Assembly (NCBI GenBank): GCA_963662695.2
Contig: CAXXDC010000002.1
Location: 650,022-714,021, forward strand
Source of the DNA: Clostridia bacterium
Lineage (GTDB): Bacteria; Bacillota; Clostridia; SK-Y3
DNA: 64,000 nt
Direction of reading: 5' to 3'
The stretch's first letter is position 1. The number at the start of each line of letters is the position of its first letter. A program made the translations under genes and the position numbers. The notes beneath the pieces are model-generated. The model made no database searches. It saw nothing but the letters and a program-made list of their open reading frames with translations, and was not told where the DNA came from. Positions 9,573 to 17,165 of the stretch are shown piece after piece.

Positions 9573-11819
9573 TTACAAAAAATATTCGTGGCATTTCTTT
9601 TTCTTAATAAACCTTGTTATATCATCTATGTTGTATGTAATCTTACAATCAGGTAAAGCTTGTCTTACTACTTGTCTATATTCTTTATTTGCTCTTTTAT
9701 CTAGCATTGATATAACCGCTGTATCTGTTTCCGTTCTTATAGCACGACCATATCCCTGCTTTAATTTCGTTAGCATCTGTGGAATCAATATTTCTTCTTT
9801 GAATTTTTCATAGCTACTACTCTGTGATTTCTGAGAATCGGTGATTGGATCAGGAATAAGAAAAGGTAGCTTTACTATAATTAGATGTGATAATAAATCA
9901 CCTGTAAAATTAACGCCTTCCCATATGCTACCACAAGCTAATAAAACACCGTTCTTGCTTTTACGATAATCTTTTATAGCCGAACTATGTCCTTTGGTTA
10001 GAGTGAATAATGGATATTTGATGCTTTTGTTTTTCAATAACCTCTGTACTTTACTCATTGATTCATACGATGTGAAAAGAACCAGTACATGTCCATAACT
10101 CGCAATAATTAAATCAATAATTCGTTGTGCTACTTGTTCTATATATTCATCATCTTTTTGATCGGGATAAGGTAGGTCTTTTGCTTGATAAAGTAATGTG
10201 TTTTGATAATAGTCAAATGGAGATATTTTATGAATTTCTCTTATTTTGTTTATATTACTAATTCCCATTTCTTTTTTGATATAAGTGAAATCACCATTAA
10301 TGGCTAATGTACCGCTTGTCATTAATATTGAACTATTTTTTTTAAATAAATCTTGTGCTAACATTTCATTAATATCTTTTGATACTGCACATATTGTAGT
10401 TTGTTTAGATGTTGTAGTTTTTTTCACCCATAGGATTGAATCAGAATTTATAATAATGTCAATATAGTCACCTAGCTTTTCAAATCCTATTTGCTCTTTT
10501 CTTTTGATATCAGAAATCAAAACAACTATTTGTAAAATATAAATTTTTAATTGCTTCAAATCTTGTCTTAGAGTTGCAATATCTGTGATTGGATATTTTT
10601 TATGTTCTTCACTGTACATCTCTTCATTAATATTTGATATGACTTTATTAAACAAACTATTGACCACTTTAATAATTTCATTGCAATTATTTATTAACAG
10701 CTTAGCATTTCTACTCTTTTTATTTTTAGGCTTTACTTTCTTTATTAGTTCAAGTATTCCACCTTTCTCCAATGCTACTGTACGCATGGATATATAGGCA
10801 TCGGGAAGTTTATGTGCCTCATCATAAATCGCTACTTTATAGTTAGGCAATAATGGTATTCCCTCCCTTGCTCTCTTTAATATATCTGCAATCATATAAT
10901 TATGGTTTGTAACTTGAAACAGATATTTAGGACTGTTAACTTCTTTCTGTAGATTTCTATACCTGCAATGCTTATTTTCTGGACAACTATTGCAATGTTT
11001 TGGTATTACTTTAATACGTTCTCTATCATAGTTTCTAATACCGGTAACATTTGATAAGTCTGCTTGATTGCTTTCTAGAAGATTTTTCAATGTCTTATAT
11101 TCCCTTGGATTTTTTTTATGTGCTGGAAGGCTTTTAACGTAATTTTCTAGTCGAATGTCACAAATATAATTTTCTCTTCCTTTTCTAATTACTGCTGTTA
11201 TTTTTTCTTCAATAATGCCATGTGCTAGTAACATTCTTGAAATTTCAGGAACGTATTCTTTTACAATGGATTTTTGCAATCTCTTACTTGATGTTGATAT
11301 GATTATTGCTTTGTTTATATTAATTGGTTCATGCCATTTCCTCTTATCATTCATATGGTAAACGATTGATGCTATAATGTATGCATGTGTTTTACCCAGA
11401 CCAACTGCAATGTCACTTAATGAAATTGATTGTTCTATCATAGCTCTATACATATGTTTTGATAGTTCTATTTGCTCTTTTCTTATGTTAAATCCAAAGC
11501 TTGTAAATACCGTAGTAAATATATAGTCTATTAGTTCTTCCCCATCTTCTGGATAGCTAGTATTATAAAAATGTAACTCAGCTACTTTTGATAATAAATT
11601 TATATAGTTTTCTTTTTCTATTGCGTTTTTCTTGTAGCCTAGGTATTTTGTTTCTCTAGTAATATAGTTATAGGCTCTGTATTTATAGGTTTTTCCTGTA
11701 TATGTTTCTGTGACAATGCAATCTCTCGAAATAAATATACCTATTTCCCTGTTATCTAGCTTCATGTTTTCTTGCAATTTATTCATTGCATACCTTACAT
11801 GCATATTGATTTTACACAT
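9573..11819 (-). CDS. DinG/XPD (Rad3)-family ATP-dependent helicase with Fe-S cluster cysteines
   Basis: Walker A VGLGKTHAY, DEAH box (YDEAHKL), Cys cluster ICD...HCNSCPENKHCRY, and a C-terminal helicase domain (GSIWEGVNF...GRAIRTETD). The best RBS (GGAGG, 8 nt) precedes the ATG at 11819. The track ORF extends to 11861. Confidence 0.8.
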   Translation of the reverse strand: MCKINMHVRYAMNKLQENMKLDNREIGIFISRDCIVTETYTGKTYKYRAYNYITRETKYLGYKKNAIEKENYINLLSKVAELHFYNTSYPEDGEELIDYIFTTVFTSFGFNIRKEQIELSKHMYRAMIEQSISLSDIAVGLGKTHAYIIASIVYHMNDKRKWHEPININKAIIISTSSKRLQKSIVKEYVPEISRMLLAHGIIEEKITAVIRKGRENYICDIRLENYVKSLPAHKKNPREYKTLKNLLESNQADLSNVTGIRNYDRERIKVIPKHCNSCPENKHCRYRNLQKEVNSPKYLFQVTNHNYMIADILKRAREGIPLLPNYKVAIYDEAHKLPDAYISMRTVALEKGGILELIKKVKPKNKKSRNAKLLINNCNEIIKVVNSLFNKVISNINEEMYSEEHKKYPITDIATLRQDLKQLKIYILQIVVLISDIKRKEQIGFEKLGDYIDIIINSDSILWVKKTTTSKQTTICAVSKDINEMLAQDLFKKNSSILMTSGTLAINGDFTYIKKEMGISNINKIREIHKISPFDYYQNTLLYQAKDLPYPDQKDDEYIEQVAQRIIDLIIASYGHVLVLFTSYESMSKVQRLLKNKSIKYPLFTLTKGHSSAIKDYRKSKNGVLLACGSIWEGVNFTGDLLSHLIIVKLPFLIPDPITDSQKSQSSSYEKFKEEILIPQMLTKLKQGYGRAIRTETDTAVISMLDKRANKEYRQVVRQALPDCKITYNIDDITRFIKKKKCHEYFL

Positions 11820-12171
11820 TATATCATCCTCCATTTTCCCTCTTATTTTATTTAACAGCATTCGTATACAGCACCTATGCGTTGCTTCATAAGAATACTG
11901 TTAAATGTTGTATAGTTAATTTATCTCTAGGGCGAATAGTGGTGGCTATTCTCATAGAACCTAATGCAACTCTCTGCTTTCAAGCTACACTATTTTCTCC
12001 GATGGGTTCTCCATCAGCTATGCTCCATACGATAGTTAGGATTGCACAGAAGTATCATTTTGGGGAATGCCCCCGTTTTTTGTATATAGTATACTAAAAG
12101 TACCCACTATTACAGTTGAAAAATCCCCACATAAAAACTAAACTATCTATAAGAAAAAAATTATAGGTGGT

Positions 12172-13782
12172 ATGGTGGAGATGATAAATTTGAATAAGAA
12201 GAGAAAAATTTTATTGTTGTATCGACAAGGATATAACAAATCAGAAATTTCAAGGGAGGTATCAGTTGCAAGAAAAACTGTACGGAAATATATTAATGAG
12301 TATGAAGAAAAACTCGAACAGTTAGGTGCTATGGATCACAACAATGAAGAACAGTTAAATGCGCTCATAGAATCATTAAGTGAACCACCAAAGTATGATA
12401 CTTCAAATCGAAGTTGTTTAAAGCTAACAGAGGAAGTTAAGGCAGTTATTAATTCATGCCTTGAAGAAAATGATGAAAAACTAAAGAATCATAATCGAAA
12501 ACAACTGATGAAAGTCGTTGATATCCATGAACTTTTAATTGAGCAAGGCTATGATATTGGATATACGACAGTAAATAATTACGTGAAAACTCAAAAAAAA
12601 GCGAAGGAGGCATATATTAAACAAATTTATCCATTAGGGGAAACTTTGGAATATGATTGGGGAGAAGTAAAATTAGAGATTGCTGGTGTTGCAAAGAGGT
12701 TTCAAATGGCTTTAATGACAACAGCTGCGGGTTCATGTCACTTTGCCATGCTTTATCATAATCAAAAGATGGAATCATTTTTAGATAGTCATATAAAGGG
12801 ACTTAATTACTTTGGAGGTGTTTTTAAAGAGATCGTTTATGACAATATGAAAGTTGCAGTTGGTCGTTTTGTCTCCAAAGGGAAAAATGAGCCTACTGAA
12901 GACTTGTTTAAGTTATCGATGTACTACGGTTTTGATTATAGATTTTGCAATGCTCGCCGCGGAAATGAAAAAGGTCATGTAGAACGTGGTATTGAGTTTG
13001 TAAGACGAAAAGCTTTCGCCAAGAAATATAAATTCAATACTTTTGAAGAGGCAAATACACATTTACTTAAGGTACTGGAAGATTTAAATCGACGTCAAAG
13101 ACATTGGTTGGACAATAAAAGTCCTTGGGATATATTAACTCAAGAACAACAACATATGATTAGCTTAAAGCCTGATTATGTTATTGCAAAGAAATTAGAA
13201 TGCCGAGTGGACAAATACAGTACAATTACCGTTGAGCAAAATCGCTACTCAGTACCCGAATACCTTGTTGGAAAATTTGTAGAAGTGATAGTCTATTCAA
13301 ATAAACTCAAGGTAAATTATAAGCACGAGTCAGTTGCTCATCATAATCGAAGTTTTGGTCATTTTGATTGGACTATGGATATTAATCATTATTTAAATAC
13401 AATAAAAAAGAAACCTGGATCATTAAAGAACAGTGCAGCCATACAGTGTTCTGAACGCAGGATTCAAGAAATATACAATACCTATTATACAGGAAAACCT
13501 AAAGATTTTGTAGTACTTTTAGAAATTATTAAAGAAAAAGATTTAGAATCTGTAGAATCAGCCATTGAAGAATTGACCCAATTAGGATCTCGTCATGTCA
13601 CAACTGAAAACATAAACAACCTTGTACATCAAGTGTCTGCTGTAAATATCGAGCATAATAAAGATTCAGATGATGAAATAAAAAAGAGGTCTTGGGAGCT
13701 TTTAGATAAGTTAACTATTAAGTTTTTAGAACCTGAAAATGGGAGGTCAAATATTGAACAAACAAGACTTACAGTATGTTAA
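12172..13782 (+). CDS. istA: IS21 family transposase IstA
   Basis: 536 aa with an N-terminal HTH (GYNKSEISREVSVARKTVRKYI) and a DDE core (YDWGEV...VYDNMK...GNEKGHVE). Confidence 0.9.
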   Translation: MVEMINLNKKRKILLLYRQGYNKSEISREVSVARKTVRKYINEYEEKLEQLGAMDHNNEEQLNALIESLSEPPKYDTSNRSCLKLTEEVKAVINSCLEENDEKLKNHNRKQLMKVVDIHELLIEQGYDIGYTTVNNYVKTQKKAKEAYIKQIYPLGETLEYDWGEVKLEIAGVAKRFQMALMTTAAGSCHFAMLYHNQKMESFLDSHIKGLNYFGGVFKEIVYDNMKVAVGRFVSKGKNEPTEDLFKLSMYYGFDYRFCNARRGNEKGHVERGIEFVRRKAFAKKYKFNTFEEANTHLLKVLEDLNRRQRHWLDNKSPWDILTQEQQHMISLKPDYVIAKKLECRVDKYSTITVEQNRYSVPEYLVGKFVEVIVYSNKLKVNYKHESVAHHNRSFGHFDWTMDINHYLNTIKKKPGSLKNSAAIQCSERRIQEIYNTYYTGKPKDFVVLLEIIKEKDLESVESAIEELTQLGSRHVTTENINNLVHQVSAVNIEHNKDSDDEIKKRSWELLDKLTIKFLEPENGRSNIEQTRLTVC

Positions 13783-14506
13783 AGAATATATTAAAGAGCT
13801 GAAATTAGCTGGCTTAAGTAATGTGTTGAAAGAAAAATTAGAGGATGCTTATCGTACAGATATGAGTTATGAATTATTCCTGAAAGAATTGCTTGAAATT
13901 GGTGTTGACACAAGAAGAGAAAATGGTAAAAAAAATCGCATTCGTAATGCAAAGTTTCCATATAAAAAATATTTAGATGACTTGGTATTAAAATACCTTC
14001 CAGAAGAAGCTAAAAAGCGCTTTAAAGAGCTGCGGAGCTTGAAATTTATTGAAGAAGGGCGAAATGTCATATTAGCTGGTAATCCAGGTACAGGAAAAAC
14101 ACATATTAGTATTGGTCTAGGTATTGAAGCCTGTAATGCTGGCTATAAAGTTCTTTTCACAACGATTCCACTTTTAATTAATGAGTTAAAGGAAAGTAGA
14201 AGCAATAGAACTCTTAAATCTTTTGAAAATAGATTTGAGCGCTATGACCTTATCATTGCTGATGAACTAGGGTACATCTCATTTGATAAAGAAGGTAGTG
14301 AATTATTATTTACACATCTGTCTTTGAGAGCGGAAAGAAAATCTACAATTATTACATCAAACTTATCTTTTAACCGTTGGGATGAGATATTTAATGATCC
14401 AGTACTTACTGCCGCCATGGTTGATAGGCTTACTCACAAAGCTTATGTCATTAACATGAATGGTAATTCTTACAGGACAATGGAAACGTTAAATATGAGC
14501 AACTAA
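13739..14506 (+). CDS. istB: IS21 helper ATPase IstB
   Basis: Walker A GNPGTGKTH and Walker B IIADELGY. It overlaps the 3' end of istA, as is typical for IS21. Confidence 0.9.
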   Translation: MGGQILNKQDLQYVKEYIKELKLAGLSNVLKEKLEDAYRTDMSYELFLKELLEIGVDTRRENGKKNRIRNAKFPYKKYLDDLVLKYLPEEAKKRFKELRSLKFIEEGRNVILAGNPGTGKTHISIGLGIEACNAGYKVLFTTIPLLINELKESRSNRTLKSFENRFERYDLIIADELGYISFDKEGSELLFTHLSLRAERKSTIITSNLSFNRWDEIFNDPVLTAAMVDRLTHKAYVINMNGNSYRTMETLNMSN

Positions 14507-14837
14507 TTTTTTTACACATAAGTGGTACTTTTTCGATTGAAATTGTGGGAACTTTTCACTTGACAAATACATTTTTCCCCTTGTAGGTCATTGCGATTAG
14601 TTCCAACCACGAAACTATTTATAATCTGATAGAATCGCTCACACATAAGTGGTTATTGCGTATCAATTAACGTCGCTTTCCTTTCGGCTACAAGGTAACG
14701 TACCTTAGAAATATGGTATGAATGATAGGCTAGATAATATTTAAATCTATCTAGCCTAATGATTATTTGTCAAAGAACAGGAAAGGATAAAGTTCCTTTC
14801 ACTATAAGAGGACAGTCAGAAGGGATATTTACCCCCT

Positions 14838-15338
14838 CTATCTAAAATTTTTTAAAATAAATTTTGCTATTTTCTTCTCTGCCTGCCTAATTGATTTATG
14901 CACCTTTGTAAAATGAACACCATCCATTTGTGCTATTGCATTCAAAGTCATCTCATCAAAGTAGTAACGCATTATTCTACTTCTCTGTTTTTCAGTTAAT
15001 GTAGTTAGTGCTAAATGAACATGTTGTTTTCTCTCATCTTCAAAAACTATTTCTTCAACTGTTTTTTCTGAATGAATAATTAGCTTTTTTATCTCTGCCT
15101 CTGAAAGGGATTTGTCTGATATATGTCTTCTTGTCCATTTTTCTTGATTACTTTTTTCTTTTCTAAAATCATCGAAGCACTCTATAAGCTCGTCTGTAAT
15201 TTCTATAGCATTAGCCCAGTTATTCAATTCACTATTTCTATGTATCTCTTTACACATTTTCCTAGCCTCCGTTTTTGAAATTTGTTTGGTTTGTTTTTTC
15301 AAAAAACAAAGGCTAGGTGAACGTATTTTTACTGACAT
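14838..15338 (-). CDS. Sigma-70 family (region 4-type HTH) ICE regulatory protein
   Basis: The C-terminal LTEKQRSRIMRYYFDEMTLNAIAQMDGVHFTKVHKSIRQAEKKI resembles sigma-70 region 4 / ECF-like HTH. 166 aa. Confidence 0.55.
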   Translation of the reverse strand: MSVKIRSPSLCFLKKQTKQISKTEARKMCKEIHRNSELNNWANAIEITDELIECFDDFRKEKSNQEKWTRRHISDKSLSEAEIKKLIIHSEKTVEEIVFEDERKQHVHLALTTLTEKQRSRIMRYYFDEMTLNAIAQMDGVHFTKVHKSIRQAEKKIAKFILKNFR

Positions 15339-15391
15339 GATAATGCTCCTTTCTTTGCCAAAATCTCAATGCAAAGGAGAAGCCTGTCCAT

Positions 15392-15416
15392 AAAAAATAG
15401 CCACATCAAATGTGGC
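15392..15416 (-). terminator. Intrinsic terminator in the leader of the sigma-like gene
   Basis: Minus-strand GCCACAT-TTG-ATGTGGC hairpin followed by TATTTTTT. A weaker AT-rich hairpin plus a T8 run lies at 15433-15466. Confidence 0.6.
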
Positions 15417-15587
15417 ATTTAAAAATGGGTACAAAAAAAAGACCCTATAACTATTTAAAGTTATAAAGCCTTTTTGTCACTTCTATATGTAATTTTGGCA
15501 GTTAATTCCACATTACCATTATAACTGGGGTTGACATACCATGTCAGTAGCAAAACCGTTCTTATTTTGTTCTGTTTTAATTCCTAT

Positions 15588-16136
15588 TTAGTTCTGAATT
15601 AGTTCCATTTTAATTCCATTGTTCTCAAGTTTTTTCATTACGGATGGTATAATAAATCCCCATAATGATACGCCAAATAGATGAATTGCTTCTTTCCGTT
15701 TTCTGTAATAGGTTGTCCTAGAGATATTTAATACTTTGAGCATTTCAGTTTCATTATATTTGTATTTCATGAAAAAGTTTTTATTGATAATATTGTAATA
15801 GAGTTGTCCATTGTATGGATACCCTTTTACATGTATCAGAGCTTTTTCTATTACTTCGAGCATGATTTTATTTTCAGCTACATTCATTAGTTTTTCTTTG
15901 AGTTCTTTTGCCTTTTTTTCTTCGCCTAATTGTGTCATTATTTCAAGCCCACTATAATCTGGTGTCCCATATATTTCACTATGTTCGCATATTAGATCTT
16001 GATAATTATTAGCATTTTCCCATACTACGCTTGAATACGTTTTCAAAAGTAGCTTTGCATTATGATATGTTTCCATATCTATTTTTTTATGTCTATCTAT
16101 TTTGTCTAATAAGTTACTATAAACTGTTTTTGTCAT
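15588..16136 (-). CDS. Putative transcription regulator with C-terminal HTH (ArpU/sigma-like)
   Basis: The C-terminal segment MLKVLNISRTTYYRKRKEAIHLFGVSLWG is HTH-like. The gene sits next to the sigma-like gene near the recombinase end of the element. Confidence 0.4.
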   Translation of the reverse strand: MTKTVYSNLLDKIDRHKKIDMETYHNAKLLLKTYSSVVWENANNYQDLICEHSEIYGTPDYSGLEIMTQLGEEKKAKELKEKLMNVAENKIMLEVIEKALIHVKGYPYNGQLYYNIINKNFFMKYKYNETEMLKVLNISRTTYYRKRKEAIHLFGVSLWGFIIPSVMKKLENNGIKMELIQN

Positions 16137-16161
16137 CCCATATCCCCCTTTTGATTTGTCG

Positions 16162-16190
16162 TTGACAGTAACTAAATGTGCATATATAAT
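16162..16190 (+). promoter_or_regulatory. Consensus sigma-A promoter on the + strand
   Basis: TTGACA (16162-16167), exactly 17 nt, TATAAT (16185-16190). Confidence 0.6.
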
Positions 16191-16228
16191 TTCATCAATA
16201 CGAATGTTTGTTCGTGTTTTATATTGAT

Positions 16229-16257
16229 ATTATATTCCAATATTTAGTTCGTGTCAA
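16229..16257 (-). promoter_or_regulatory. Consensus sigma-A promoter on the minus strand (drives the gene at 16136)
   Basis: On the minus strand: TTGACA (16257-16252), exactly 17 nt, TATAAT (16234-16229). It faces the + strand promoter about 40 bp away. Confidence 0.65.
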
Positions 16258-16330
16258 GACCGATTTCAAAAAATTTCTTTAAAAGGTGTAAAAATGAATT
16301 TGAGGGTAATTTGTTTGCTAAAATGCTATA

Positions 16331-16377
16331 TAAATGAAAACCTGTTATCCATCAAGTTGCAAACGATGAATAACAGG
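16331..16377 (-). terminator. Intrinsic terminator after the Type I R-M/M48 operon
   Basis: 13-bp stem (CCTGTTATCCATC / GATGAATAACAGG, one mismatch) with an 11-nt loop, followed on the minus strand by TTTTCATTT. It lies about 60 nt downstream of the stop at 16438. Confidence 0.6.
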
Positions 16378-16437
16378 GGGTATGGCTTTAATGTGCCTGT
16401 TGGATATAAAAGGAATTTTCGAGGTAGATATCAATCT

Positions 16438-17163
16438 CTACTTGACATACATAATGACTTCGTAATCGAGCTTATTCTTACGTTCTTTCCAGTCTGGCAT
16501 ATAAAGACTAAGAAGGGCATAAAACTCTTTACTATGATTGGGATAAATAAAATGAATAAGTTCATGTAGCAACACATATTCTATGCATATTGCAGGTGCT
16601 TGATAAAGATAAAAATTAATCGTAATCCTATTTCTTTCTGGCAAACAATTTCCCCACATAGATCTCATTTTTCTTATAGAAATAACAGGTCTGTCATAAT
16701 CGTATTTTTTTATAATATGATACAACTTATCTATTTTTTTATTAATTTTCACAATCAAGGCTTCTTTAATAAATTGTTCAAACTGTTCTCTAATAATATG
16801 CTGCTTATCAAGATTTAAAGTGTCAATATATATTATGCCATCACTATAACATACTCTTTTTTGAGTTGCCTTTCTAATGATTACGATAGTATCGATACCA
16901 AAATACTTCACCGACATACCACTTTTCAGGTCAATAATATTCTCAATACCAGATGTTTTATTATACTCTTTCAATTTATCACTAATCCACTTACTCTTTT
17001 GAGTTAAAAAAGATGCTATCCACTCATTTGATACATTTGAAGGTACAGAAATTGATACCTTTCCGTCAGGAAAGACCTTTAATCTGGCATTCTTTACGTT
17101 TTTGCGATAAACACTCACATTTACTTTGACATTTTCGCTAAGCACAATGCTAACACTATCCAT
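16438..17163 (-). CDS. M48-family/YgjP-like metal-dependent hydrolase (DUF45)
   Basis: HELIH zinc motif (LLHELIHFIYPNHSKEFY) near the C-terminus. About 240 aa, immediately downstream of hsdR, which is a recurrent association. Confidence 0.75.
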   Translation of the reverse strand: MDSVSIVLSENVKVNVSVYRKNVKNARLKVFPDGKVSISVPSNVSNEWIASFLTQKSKWISDKLKEYNKTSGIENIIDLKSGMSVKYFGIDTIVIIRKATQKRVCYSDGIIYIDTLNLDKQHIIREQFEQFIKEALIVKINKKIDKLYHIIKKYDYDRPVISIRKMRSMWGNCLPERNRITINFYLYQAPAICIEYVLLHELIHFIYPNHSKEFYALLSLYMPDWKERKNKLDYEVIMYVK

Positions 17164-17165
17164 AA

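Larger units (their letters stand above)
12081..14581 (+). mobile_element. IS21-family insertion sequence (about 2.5 kb)
   Basis: istA and istB overlap. The imperfect terminal inverted repeats begin TGTAT: left TGTATATAGTATACTAAAAGTACCCAC, and right (reverse complement) TGTATTTGTCAAGTGAAAAGTTCCCAC. Internal extra copies of the AAAAGT-CCCAC motif occur at both ends. A possible 5-bp duplication TTTTT flanks the element (12076-12080 and 14582-14586). Confidence 0.85.

Noticed and set aside
9350-9607. 85-aa + strand ORF in the recombinase-DinG intergenic region
   Set aside because: The peptide is low-complexity and phenylalanine-rich with no RBS. The opposite strand carries a better small ORF (9379-9525) with a strong GGGAGGGG RBS.
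11882-12097. 71-aa + strand ORF next to the IS21 left end
   Set aside because: It runs across the IS21 terminal repeat into the flanking sequence. It has no RBS and its composition is not protein-like. The region is better explained as non-coding sequence disrupted by the IS.
12076-14586. TTTTT as a firm target-site duplication of the IS21 element
   Set aside because: The 5-nt match flanks both ends, but it is a homopolymer in AT-rich DNA and could be coincidental. It is reported only as possible.
16294-16569. 91-aa + strand ORF downstream of the + strand consensus promoter
   Set aside because: Two-thirds of it overlaps the 3' end of the M48/DUF45 gene in antisense, and it crosses the operon terminator hairpin. 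The sequence has no recognisable features. I keep only the promoter as an observation.
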